From the NCBI GenBank assembly GCA_035633215.1, contig DASQFI010000033.1, positions 25,521-89,520 of the forward strand: DNA of 64,000 nt, given 5' to 3'. The notes under the pieces were generated by a model. That model was not told the origin of the DNA and searched no databases. It was given only the letters and a program-made list of their open reading frames with translations. Below are positions 28,014 to 36,918 of the stretch, one piece after another. A program made the position numbers and the translations under genes. The number at the start of each line of letters is the position of its first letter. The first letter of the stretch is position 1. The stretch comes from Vicinamibacterales bacterium (GTDB lineage: Bacteria > Acidobacteriota > Vicinamibacteria > Vicinamibacterales > SCN-69-37).

Positions 28014-30998
28014 ATGGCGCTTCCTTTTGAAGGTTCACGACGTCTGGCTATCGGTGTCTTCGTATTTGTCTGTACGTGTTTCCTCGTTGCCGCGACCGCC
28101 AGCGCGCAGAGCGCCACCGGCGCGGTCGACGGCATCGTCGTCGATCAGTCGGGCGCCGTGCTCCCCGGTGTCACCATCAAGGTGGTCTCCGCCCTCGCCG
28201 GCGTCACGCGTTCAACCGTGACGGACGAGAACGGGCTGTTCAGGAACCCGCTCCTGCCGGTCGGCACGTACGAGCTGACGGCGGAGCTCAATGGTTTCCA
28301 GCTGCGCAAGCTGGCGGATCTGCAGGTCACGATCGGCCAGACGATCTCGCTGCGCGTCGAGATGGCGGTCGGCAGCGTGTCCGAGACGGTGACGGTCACC
28401 GGGGCGTCACCGGTCCTGGAAACCAGCCGGACGCAGGTGACCTCCACGGTCGGCGAGGTCGCCGTCCAGAACCTCCCCGTCAACGGCCGCAACTTCATCG
28501 ACTTCGCGTTGCTCACGCCGGGCGTCACGCGCGACGTGCGCACGGGCGACATCAGCTTTGCGGGCCAGCGCGGCACGCTGAACAGCCTCGTCGTGGACGG
28601 GGCGGACAACAACAACACGTTCTTCGGGCAGGCGGCGGGCCGCACCGGATCCGGCCGCGCGCCGTATCAGTTCAGTCAGGACGCGGTCAAGGAGTTCCAG
28701 GTCAACTCGAACTCGTTTGCCGCCGAATACGGCCGTGCAGGCGGCGCGGTGATCAACGTCGTCACCAAATCGGGCACCAACGACTTTCATGGCTCAGCGT
28801 TCGAGTTCTTCCGCGACAAGTCGTTGAACGCCATCAACGCGATCAACAAGCTGAACAACCTGCCGAAATCGCCCTACAAATTCCACCAGTTCGGCGGCAC
28901 GTTCGGCGGACCGCTCCGGCCAGGCCGTCACTTTTTCTTCGCGAACTACGACGGACAACGCAATACGACGCCGAACCTCGTCGTCCTCGGGCTGCCGGCG
29001 AGTCCGCCGACGGATCCGGCGGCGGTGGCGGCCATCGCCATTCTCCAGGAGAAGGGCCAGAGCTGGGAACGCAAGCTCGATCAGGACGTGTTTCTCGTCA
29101 AGACCGACCACACGCTGAGCCCCGCGCACCGGCTGTCAGTGCGCTACAACCACCAGAACTTCACGGGCCAGGGATTCGAAAACGGCGGCCCGACGAACGC
29201 GCTCGAGCATACGGGAGCGGCGATCGTCCGCACGCGGTCGTTCAACACGTCGTTTACCAGCGTGATGTCGCCGACGCTCTTCAACGAGCTGCGCTTCCAA
29301 ATCTCGCGTGACGAAGAGCCGGGCGAGGCCAACAGCGAGAACCCGGAAGCGGTCGTGCAGCAGGCCGGTGCGACGGTGCTGACGATCGGCCGCAACAACT
29401 TCAGCCCGCGCGAGACGACGATCAAGCGCTGGCAGGTCGCCGATGCGCTCACCTTCATTCGCGGCGCGCACAAGTTCAAGGGCGGGTTCGATTTCCAGTT
29501 CGACGACATCCTCAACCGCTTCCCTGGATTTTTCAGCGGGTCGTACACGTTTCGATCGCTGGCCTCGTTTGCGGGCGGGCGCCCCATCGGCGCGAACGAG
29601 TTCTATCAGCAGAACTTCGCGGGGACGAACACGACGGGCCCGAACACGAACCCCAACATCCAGGAGTACTCGGTTTTCATCCAGGACGAGTGGAAGCCGA
29701 TCGCCGACGTCACGATGAACCTCGGCCTCCGCTACGACCTGATGAAGACGGACGCGCCGCCCGTGCGCAATCCCGACGCGCAGCTCGCGGCCGCCGACAT
29801 CGACACGAGCCGGCTCGACGCCGACACGGACAATTGGGGACCCAGGTTCGGCGTCGCGTGGGCGCCCGTGGCCAGGAAGTTCGTCGTGCGCGGCGGAGGC
29901 GGCCTCTTCTACGGCCGCACGCCGTCCATCATGCTCGGCACCGCGCACTCGAACAACGGGATCAACATCGTGTCGCTCACCTTCACCGGCGACGCGGTGC
30001 CGACGTATCCGAACAAGTTCGACAGCATCCCGGCGGGCGGCGCGTCCGCGAGACCGACGATTTTCTACATCGACAAGGACTTCCAGAATTCCAGGCTCTT
30101 CCAGGCGAACGTCGCGGTTGAATGGGAGGTCCTGCGGGATACCAGCCTCACGGTCACGTACCTGTTCGTGGATGGCAGCCACCTGCCGCGATCGATCGAC
30201 CGGAACGTCGGCTCGCTCGGCTCGCGCACGTTCACGGTCGCCGACACCGGCGACCAGATTCCGTATCACTTCTTCGCGTCCGCCGATCGGCCGTTCGCGA
30301 ACTTCGCGCGGGTGATCGCGTTCGAGACGACGGCCGAATCGCGGTACAACGGCCTCACGTTCGAGCTCAATCGCCGCTTCGCACGGCATCTCCTCTGGCG
30401 CGCGGCGTACACGATCGGCAAGGTCGAAGACACGGTGCCGGATGCGACGGCCGTCGTGCCCTTCAACGCCGGCGACGACGGCAAACACGCGTCGAATCCG
30501 GCGGACTTCGACGCCGACCGCACCGCCGGCAACAACGACCAGCGGCACCGGCTCGTCACGAACGGCGTCTACGACACCAACGGGCTGGCGGAAGGCGTGG
30601 AAGGGTTCATGGGCGCGCTGGCGCGCAACTGGTCGTTCAGCGGCATCCTGACCGTGCAGTCCGGGCAGCCGTACACCGCGCGCGTGGGGGCGGTCGATCT
30701 CAACGGCGACGGCAACAACCGGAACGACATTGCGCCCGGCACGGCGCGCAATGAGTTCCGGCTCCCGACGATCGTCGCGCTCGACCTGCGCGTCGCGCGC
30801 GACCTGCCGTTCGGCGAGCGCAAGGTTCAGCTGATCTGGGAGGCGTTCAATCTCTTCAATCGCGACAACGTCAACTTCGTGAACAACACGCTCTACAGCG
30901 TGTCGGGCACGACGCTCACGCGCAACTCGACGTTCGGCCGGGCGTCCGGCAGTTTCGGCGAGCGGATCATGCAACTGGCGGTGAAGGTGATCTTCTGA
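28014..30998 (+). CDS. TonB-dependent-receptor-like OMP with CarbopepD_reg domain (second copy)
   Basis: Trimmed to Met 28014. Signal MALPFEGSRRLAIGVFVFVCTCFLVAATASAQS. GIVVDQSGAVLPGVTIKVVSALAGVTRSTVTDENGLFRNPLLPVGTYELTAELNGFQ. A plug region FAGQRGTLNSLVVDGADNNN parallels the first copy. Ends ...QLAVKVIF. Confidence 0.88.
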   Translation: MALPFEGSRRLAIGVFVFVCTCFLVAATASAQSATGAVDGIVVDQSGAVLPGVTIKVVSALAGVTRSTVTDENGLFRNPLLPVGTYELTAELNGFQLRKLADLQVTIGQTISLRVEMAVGSVSETVTVTGASPVLETSRTQVTSTVGEVAVQNLPVNGRNFIDFALLTPGVTRDVRTGDISFAGQRGTLNSLVVDGADNNNTFFGQAAGRTGSGRAPYQFSQDAVKEFQVNSNSFAAEYGRAGGAVINVVTKSGTNDFHGSAFEFFRDKSLNAINAINKLNNLPKSPYKFHQFGGTFGGPLRPGRHFFFANYDGQRNTTPNLVVLGLPASPPTDPAAVAAIAILQEKGQSWERKLDQDVFLVKTDHTLSPAHRLSVRYNHQNFTGQGFENGGPTNALEHTGAAIVRTRSFNTSFTSVMSPTLFNELRFQISRDEEPGEANSENPEAVVQQAGATVLTIGRNNFSPRETTIKRWQVADALTFIRGAHKFKGGFDFQFDDILNRFPGFFSGSYTFRSLASFAGGRPIGANEFYQQNFAGTNTTGPNTNPNIQEYSVFIQDEWKPIADVTMNLGLRYDLMKTDAPPVRNPDAQLAAADIDTSRLDADTDNWGPRFGVAWAPVARKFVVRGGGGLFYGRTPSIMLGTAHSNNGINIVSLTFTGDAVPTYPNKFDSIPAGGASARPTIFYIDKDFQNSRLFQANVAVEWEVLRDTSLTVTYLFVDGSHLPRSIDRNVGSLGSRTFTVADTGDQIPYHFFASADRPFANFARVIAFETTAESRYNGLTFELNRRFARHLLWRAAYTIGKVEDTVPDATAVVPFNAGDDGKHASNPADFDADRTAGNNDQRHRLVTNGVYDTNGLAEGVEGFMGALARNWSFSGILTVQSGQPYTARVGAVDLNGDGNNRNDIAPGTARNEFRLPTIVALDLRVARDLPFGERKVQLIWEAFNLFNRDNVNFVNNTLYSVSGTTLTRNSTFGRASGSFGERIMQLAVKVIF

Positions 30999-31084
30999 AA
31001 CGACCGTAGGGCGGACTGGTTCCCAAGTCCGCCGCGGCGAGGGCGGACTTGAAGATCAGTCCGCCCTACGCCTGTCGTCACGCC

Positions 31085-32938
31085 CTACGCGTGATGCGGC
31101 CCGTTCTCAACCATGATCTTCGCGATCATCGCATTCGCGAGTCCCGAGGCGCCGTCGCCACTGACCGCGATGTCCGGCACGAGCTTGACCTTGTGCTCGC
31201 CCAGAATCGACGCGATCTGGATCGCCGTGTAGCCGGCTGTGCCGACGGCATCGATACCCTGACGATACGCCTCGGCCTTCGCCCCGCCCACCGCACGAAT
31301 CGCCACCGCTTCGCCTTCGCCCGTGAGTCGCACCGCGGCCGCCTGACCTTCGGCGCGCAGGCGTGTCGCGGCCCCCTCGCCTTCGGCGCGGAGTCGCAGC
31401 GCGTTCGCGTCACCACGCGCGCCTTCGGCGTTGGCCTTCGCGTTCTGCTCGGCGATGCGAACCATCTGCTCGGATCGGACCACGTCACTCTGCAGATTCG
31501 CGACGGCCGTCTCGCGCTCGAGCGCCTGACGCTTGATCTGCGCCTCCCGCTGCGCCTCGTACGTGCGCTCCATCTCGGCCGCAATCTTCCGGTCCGTCTG
31601 CGTCTTCATCAGCTCGGCCGGCGGCACGATGTCGCCGATGAGCGTGTCGATGCATTCGACGTCGTACGCTTCCACGGCCTTCTTGATGTCGGCGAAGGCC
31701 TCTCGCTGGCGGTCAGATCGCGCGGTCAGGAAGTCCAGCACGGTCACCTGCTGCGCCGAGTTGCGGAAGTAGTTGCCGACGGTCGGCTGCAGGACGTGGT
31801 CGACCAGGTTCTGCATCGACCCGACGCGCGAGATCACGCGCGGCGCATTTTTCATGCCGATGTGAATGATCTGGGCCACGTCCAGGCTGAACGAGAAGCC
31901 GTCCTTCGATCGGACGTTGATCGACGACAGGCGTTGATCGTACTGATGCGCTTCCGTCCGCTGCGCCCAGTTCAGCACGATGTTCGTCGTCGGCACGAGC
32001 TCCACCTTCATCACGCGCGTGTTGATCGGGTGCTTGCCCGGCAGCAGCGCCTCGACCCAGACACCCTTGCGCCCGCGCTCCACCAGGTCGCCATGCGTGA
32101 ACGCGTCGCCTGACACGTCCATGTGTTCCTGTCCCACGTAGCTCACCACGACGCCGACGTAGCCGATCGGAATCTCCGTCAACGGCACGGGCTCGACCTT
32201 CAGGAGCCAGGGATTCAGGTTCCACGAGCCGGACAGGAGCACTTCTTCCTGCAGTCCGCGGGATCCTCCCGCATCGATGAACGCCTGGCCGCGCTGGAAG
32301 CTGTCGTGGTCGGCGACCATGGCCCCGGCGAGATCTCCAGCGGGGATCGGTCGTCCGTCGAGCATCGTCACAATCCCGACGCGATCGGGCGGCATGTCGT
32401 AGACGAACAGATCAGTCGGCTGGATGTCGTAGCGGACCGCGCGGTCCGGCGTCACGACCTCGAAGACGGCCGGATTGATGCGGTAGGTGCCCGCCGTGAG
32501 AAACGAGATCTGACGACCGCGCTCCCCATGGCCGCGCAGGAACGCTTCGGCATCCTGAAAGTTGTCGCAGTCGACGGCGCGTGCGAGCACGCGCTCGGCC
32601 GGGATCGCATCGCCGTCGGCCGCCACGACGAGCGCAATCTCGCGCGGCCGGACCACGACCATCGGAATTTTCACGACCTTGTAGCGCCAGCGCCACAGAC
32701 CGGCATGCCAGCCGGGCGGCAGCATCCGGGCTTGATAACCCGCTTCGCCGTTGAGCGCGATGATGCGGCCGGACGGCAACGGACGGCCGTACCGTTTGAT
32801 GACCAGTCCCGACTGGTTCTCCCGAATCACGCGAACATTCGACAGCACCACTCCGATCGCCGACATCGCCACCAGGATGGCGACGAGCGTGCCCACGCCA
32901 TACGCAAGCAGAGTCATGGTCTCCTCCGTGAGAACCAT
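31085..32938 (-). CDS. SPFH/band-7 (flotillin-like) membrane protein
   Basis: N-terminal TM helix (LAYGVGTLVAILVAMSAIGVVL). The SPFH core is IKRYGRPLPSGRIIALNGEAGYQARMLPPGWHAGLWRWRYKVVKIPMVVVRP. A long flotillin-type Ala/Glu-rich coiled-coil C-terminus (EAQREAQIKRQALERETAVANLQSD...). Start at Met 32938, or 32917 which has a GGAGGAG SD. Confidence 0.85.
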   Translation of the reverse strand: MVLTEETMTLLAYGVGTLVAILVAMSAIGVVLSNVRVIRENQSGLVIKRYGRPLPSGRIIALNGEAGYQARMLPPGWHAGLWRWRYKVVKIPMVVVRPREIALVVAADGDAIPAERVLARAVDCDNFQDAEAFLRGHGERGRQISFLTAGTYRINPAVFEVVTPDRAVRYDIQPTDLFVYDMPPDRVGIVTMLDGRPIPAGDLAGAMVADHDSFQRGQAFIDAGGSRGLQEEVLLSGSWNLNPWLLKVEPVPLTEIPIGYVGVVVSYVGQEHMDVSGDAFTHGDLVERGRKGVWVEALLPGKHPINTRVMKVELVPTTNIVLNWAQRTEAHQYDQRLSSINVRSKDGFSFSLDVAQIIHIGMKNAPRVISRVGSMQNLVDHVLQPTVGNYFRNSAQQVTVLDFLTARSDRQREAFADIKKAVEAYDVECIDTLIGDIVPPAELMKTQTDRKIAAEMERTYEAQREAQIKRQALERETAVANLQSDVVRSEQMVRIAEQNAKANAEGARGDANALRLRAEGEGAATRLRAEGQAAAVRLTGEGEAVAIRAVGGAKAEAYRQGIDAVGTAGYTAIQIASILGEHKVKLVPDIAVSGDGASGLANAMIAKIMVENGPHHA

Positions 32939-32972
32939 GAGTGCACGGGTCGGGCCGGGGCCACTTCGCTCG

Positions 32973-32986
32973 AAACAGGCCTGTTT
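32973..32986. promoter_or_regulatory. 14-bp perfect palindrome AAACAGGCCTGTTT in the flotillin / sigma-54-activator divergent region
   Basis: Read directly from the sequence. It equals its own reverse complement. Confidence 0.5.
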
Positions 32987-33030
32987 TCGGCGCCGGCCCC
33001 GTGCTGTCGTCATTTTATTGATGTCTTGAC

Positions 33031-33045
33031 CGTGATTAAATCACG
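33031..33045. promoter_or_regulatory. Inverted repeat CGTGAT-TAA-ATCACG immediately upstream of the sigma-54 activator start codon
   Basis: ttgaccgtgattaaatcacgcATG read directly. 6-bp arms with a 3-nt spacer, ending 2 nt before the ATG at 33047. Confidence 0.5.
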
Positions 33046-33046
33046 C

Positions 33047-34414
33047 ATGCCCAGCCGGCGGCTTGCTGTTCACTGGCGTGGAGACGCACCTGACCCCGCA
33101 CTCAAGACTCGATTCCGCGACGCGAATGTGACGATCGGCGCTGGCCAGGGCGCAGACGCCGCCGCAATCGTCATCTCGACGGCGTCCGGCGCGCGGACGC
33201 CCACGCCGCCGGAGGGCGAGGCGCCATGGATCTGGCTCTGCGCGTCGCCGCTTTCGGATGCCCGTCGTGTGGAGGCCGCGCGGCGCGGGGCGTACGAGTC
33301 GCTCTGCCGAACCGATCCGGAGGCCCTCGATGATCTGGTCGCGCACGTGCTGGAGTTGGCGGTGCCCCTGCCTGCACCGCCACCCGACAGCACGCTCGCG
33401 CTTTCGAGCCCCGCGGCCCGTGCCGTCGTCCGTCAAGTCGCCCGCGTGGCGCCGACGTCGATGTCGGTGCTCTTTACGGGCGAGACGGGCACCGGCAAGG
33501 AAGTGATGGCCCGTCTCACGCACGCGTGGTCGCCGCGGAAAGCCAAACCGTTCGTGCCCATCAACTGCGCCGCGATTCCGAACGAGCTGATGGAAGCGGA
33601 GCTGTTCGGCTACGCGCGGGGTGCGTTCTCGGGCGCCGTGCAACGTTATGACGGGCAGTTGATGGCGGCCGAAGGAGGGACGGTCTTCCTCGACGAAGTG
33701 GACGACACCTCACCCGAGACGCAGGTCAAGCTCCTCCGCGTCCTCGAGGATCGCGTCGTCAGCCGGCTCGGCGAGAACGTCTGGCATCAAGTGGACTTTC
33801 GACTGCTGGCGGCGACGAACCGGGACCTGGCGCCGCTCATCGAAGCGGGACTGTTCGGTCAGGATCTGTATGAACGCCTGGCGATCATCACCATCCGGCT
33901 GGTGCCGCTCCGCGAGCGCCTCGACGACCTCCCGCAGCTGGCCGGACACGTCATGGCGCGCTTCGCGCGCGAGCAGAAGCGATCGCCAGTCACCGGCATT
34001 CGGCCGGCCGCGCTGCGTGCGCTCCAGGCGTATCCGTGGCCCGGCAACATTCGCGAGCTCCGGAACGTGCTGTTCGAGACACTCGTGTACAAGCGCGGCG
34101 GGACCGAGATCATGCTCTCGGATCTGCCGAAACGAATCCTGACGCGGTCGAGCGGCGGCGCCGATTCGGTGACCGATCGCGCGGCGGTCGCGCGCAAGAT
34201 CGCGCGGGGCACCATGAATCTGCGGGCCGAAGTGGCCGCGCTCGAGCGTCTGGCGCTGGACGAAGCGCTCCACCGCACCGGCGGCAATGCCGCCGAGGCG
34301 GCCCGGCTGCTCGGTCAGGTTGGCCGCGGCCTCGCGCGCGACCCAGGCGGAACGGTTCGGGCGATGATGCGACGGCTGGCGAAAGTTGCCCGGAGGCCCG
34401 AGCCGAGAGAATAG
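33047..34414 (+). CDS. Sigma-54-dependent transcriptional activator (bEBP, AAA+ sigma-54 interaction domain and C-terminal HTH)
   Basis: Walker A VLFTGETGTGKE, GAFSGA (GAFTGA variant) and EAELFGY (ESELFGH variant) are all present, plus RELRNVLFETLV and a C-terminal HTH region (NAAEAARLLGQVGRG). The portion of track ORF 32123..34414 upstream of 33047 is antisense to the flotillin gene and is rejected. Confidence 0.85.
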   Translation: MPSRRLAVHWRGDAPDPALKTRFRDANVTIGAGQGADAAAIVISTASGARTPTPPEGEAPWIWLCASPLSDARRVEAARRGAYESLCRTDPEALDDLVAHVLELAVPLPAPPPDSTLALSSPAARAVVRQVARVAPTSMSVLFTGETGTGKEVMARLTHAWSPRKAKPFVPINCAAIPNELMEAELFGYARGAFSGAVQRYDGQLMAAEGGTVFLDEVDDTSPETQVKLLRVLEDRVVSRLGENVWHQVDFRLLAATNRDLAPLIEAGLFGQDLYERLAIITIRLVPLRERLDDLPQLAGHVMARFAREQKRSPVTGIRPAALRALQAYPWPGNIRELRNVLFETLVYKRGGTEIMLSDLPKRILTRSSGGADSVTDRAAVARKIARGTMNLRAEVAALERLALDEALHRTGGNAAEAARLLGQVGRGLARDPGGTVRAMMRRLAKVARRPEPRE

Positions 34415-34443
34415 GATCGTTGCACCTGCACAGGAGGTGCACT

Positions 34444-35010
34444 TTGCAAAACAGACTGATCCTGGTTGCCGCTGTTCTGGCGGCTGGTACGTTCTCCCCG
34501 AGCTTCAGCTCGGTGGGCGCCGTGGGCGCGAGCAATGGCGATACCGTGCTGTTGATCGACGACTGCGATCCCGACGCCGACTGGGGCGCGGTGGGTGGCT
34601 GTCAGCCAGGCCACAATGACGGCAACGTCACGCTGGCCGAATTCAATCTCTTGGTCTCGTCGCCGTTGTCACTCAGCCCGGTGTTCGTGGGCCATCCGTC
34701 CTGGCGCAACGAGCCAGGCTACCTCACGGTCCAGCTTGGCGACCGCATCAAGGTCCGAAACTACGGCGGCAGAAACCACACGTTCACAAAGGTCGCGCAG
34801 TTCGGAGCGGGCGTCGCGCCCGCGCCGCCGCTCAATGCCGGATTCAACGTCGCTCCGGAGTGTGCGACTCGGGAGGTCGTCGCGCCGGGCGATCGGGCGG
34901 AGGCGGAAGGCCTGAGCGCCGCTGGTGGCGGCGTGAATCGTTATCAGTGTTGTTTCCACCCGTGGATGCGGACCGTGATCAAGGTGGCTGACAACAACAG
35001 CCAGCGCTAA
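34444..35010 (+). CDS. Cupredoxin-like (amicyanin/pseudoazurin-type) secreted blue-copper protein, TTG start
   Basis: TTG at 34444 with AGGAGG 6 nt upstream. Signal peptide (M)QNRLILVAAVLAAGTFSPSF. A candidate copper-ligand His lies in GDRIKVRNYGGRNHTF. The C-terminal CCFHPWMRTVIKV matches the amicyanin CTPHPFMRGKVVV pattern (C-x2-H-x2-M). Confidence 0.55.
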   Translation: MQNRLILVAAVLAAGTFSPSFSSVGAVGASNGDTVLLIDDCDPDADWGAVGGCQPGHNDGNVTLAEFNLLVSSPLSLSPVFVGHPSWRNEPGYLTVQLGDRIKVRNYGGRNHTFTKVAQFGAGVAPAPPLNAGFNVAPECATREVVAPGDRAEAEGLSAAGGGVNRYQCCFHPWMRTVIKVADNNSQR

Positions 35011-35280
35011 CGAAGATCGAGGCGGGAATGTCCCCCATCCCGCTTTCGTGTCCAGGTCGCCTTCCGCACAAGAGCATCCGCATTCCGCTTTAGAGAAGAA
35101 TCGCGCGTCCTTCCTTTTTCCCGCACGCGCTCCCGTTCCAAACGGCAGTCCTCTTGCAGACGTGAACGTTGGGCCGCGTCCGGGAGAAATCATGTTCGCC
35201 CGTGGCGATTCAGGGCCACGCTTCATGCGGCGGTTGCGCGTTCGGGCAGTTCCTCGCTACCCTCCCGCTGGGAGCCCACC

Positions 35281-36777
35281 ATGAGACGCCTGCTTTTCAC
35301 CGCGATCGGCTTGGCCGTGTGCCTGGCCGCACCCGCCGCCCAACACTACCAGTCTGACTTCCCGCCCGATGAATTCCGGGCACGCTGGAACGGCGTCTTC
35401 GATCGCATCGGCGATCAGGCGGTCGCCGCGGTGCAGGGCGTGCCGATGACCAACGGCTACCAGCTGCCGCGACAGCACAACAATTTCTACTACCTCTCCG
35501 GCATCGAGACGCCCGGCAGTTACATCGTGCTCGACGGGCGGGCGCGCAAAGTCACGCTGTATTTGCCACCGCGTAACGCCGCGCTGGAGGCCGCCGAAGG
35601 CAAGGTGCTCTCTGCTGACGATGCTGAACTCGTCAAGAAGCTGACGGGCGCCGACGATGTGTTGTCCACGGCGATGATGACGGACAACAACTGGCCAGTC
35701 GGCGCCACTGGCGGGCGCGGAGGGGGCGGCGGGGGCGATCGTGGCGCGCCGGCGGGCCCGCGCGTGCAGGCGATCTACGCCGAGTTCGAGCCGCCCGAAG
35801 CGTACGCCCAGAGCCGTGGGGAGCTACGCACCGGCGATCGATCGATTCTGAACGACCCGTTCGACGGACGGTTCCCGCGACAACAGCAGTTCGTCGCGCG
35901 GCTCACCGGCCGCGCGCCCGAAATCCGCAACCTCAACCCGATTCTCGACGAACTCCGCAGCGTGAAGAGCGCACGCGAGATCGCGCTCGTTCGCAAGGCC
36001 TCGGAGCTGGCCGGTCTCGGGATGATGGAGGCGATCCGGAGCACCGAGCCGGGCGTGAGGGAGTACCAGCTCGAAGCGGCGGCGCGGTACGTGTTCATCG
36101 TGAATGGCGCGCGGATGGACGCGTATCGATCGATCACCGCCGCTGGCAACGTGAACATCAACAACATGCACTACTACCGGAACACCGACGAGCTCAAGGA
36201 CGGCGACTGGGTGCTCATGGACTACGCGCCGGACTTCCGGTACTACGTGAGCGATATCGGCCGGATGTGGCCCGTGAACGGCACGTACGCGCCGTGGCAG
36301 CACGAGCTGCTGCAGTTCGTCCTCGACTACCGAAACGCGGTGATGACCCGGATTCGGCCCGGTGTCACGACGACCGCAATTCGCGAAGAAGCCACAAAAG
36401 CGATGGACGCCGTCTTCGCCCGAACGAAGTTCTCGAAGCCGGAGTACGAACAAGCCGCGCGCGCGCTCGTGTCGACCGGTGGTGGCGTGTTCTCGCACGG
36501 CGTCGGCCTGGCCGTGCACGACGTCGGCGGCTACCAGGGCGGGCCGCTCAGGCCGGGCCACGTGTTCTCGGTCGATCCGCAGCTCTGGGTCCGTGGTGAA
36601 GGTCTGTACGTCCGCTACGAAGACACGATCGTCGTGACCTCGACCGGCTACGAGAACTTCACGGACTTCCTGCCGGCGGAGCTCGACGCGCTGCAGAAAC
36701 TCACACGCGAGAAAGGAATCGTGCAGATGTTCCCGGCGTTGATTGAGACGCCGGAGCGGTTTCAGATCAAGCGGTAA
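35281..36777 (+). CDS. Xaa-Pro aminopeptidase / prolidase family (M24B) with signal peptide
   Basis: 498 aa. N-terminal creatinase-like domain and C-terminal pita-bread fold with metal-ligand context (HGVGLAVHDVGGY, ...YVRYEDTIVVTSTG). Confidence 0.82.
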   Translation: MRRLLFTAIGLAVCLAAPAAQHYQSDFPPDEFRARWNGVFDRIGDQAVAAVQGVPMTNGYQLPRQHNNFYYLSGIETPGSYIVLDGRARKVTLYLPPRNAALEAAEGKVLSADDAELVKKLTGADDVLSTAMMTDNNWPVGATGGRGGGGGGDRGAPAGPRVQAIYAEFEPPEAYAQSRGELRTGDRSILNDPFDGRFPRQQQFVARLTGRAPEIRNLNPILDELRSVKSAREIALVRKASELAGLGMMEAIRSTEPGVREYQLEAAARYVFIVNGARMDAYRSITAAGNVNINNMHYYRNTDELKDGDWVLMDYAPDFRYYVSDIGRMWPVNGTYAPWQHELLQFVLDYRNAVMTRIRPGVTTTAIREEATKAMDAVFARTKFSKPEYEQAARALVSTGGGVFSHGVGLAVHDVGGYQGGPLRPGHVFSVDPQLWVRGEGLYVRYEDTIVVTSTGYENFTDFLPAELDALQKLTREKGIVQMFPALIETPERFQIKR

Positions 36778-36778
36778 G

Positions 36779-36912
36779 AAGGGCAAAGGGCAGAGGGCAA
36801 AGGGCAAAAACAAGGGCAAAGGAGCAAGGGGCAAGGAGGCGCTTTCGATAAAAGGCTTTGCCTTCCTCTTTACGCTTTCCCCTCTCCTTGCCCTTTGCCC
36901 TCTGCCCTTTGC
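36779..36912. repeat. 134-bp imperfect palindrome built from GGGCAAAG octamers and their complement CTTTGCCC, between convergent genes
   Basis: gaagggcaaagggcagagggcaaagggcaaaaacaagggcaaaggagcaagg... | ...ccttgccctttgccctctgccctttgcccttttc. The outer 30 bp of each arm are nearly perfectly complementary. Confidence 0.85.
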
Positions 36913-36918
36913 CCTTTT

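Noticed and set aside
32123-33046. N-terminal 308 codons of track ORF 32123..34414
   Set aside because: This segment is the antisense of the flotillin gene. The bEBP domain organisation and the Met at 33047, which lies in the intergenic region, indicate the true start.
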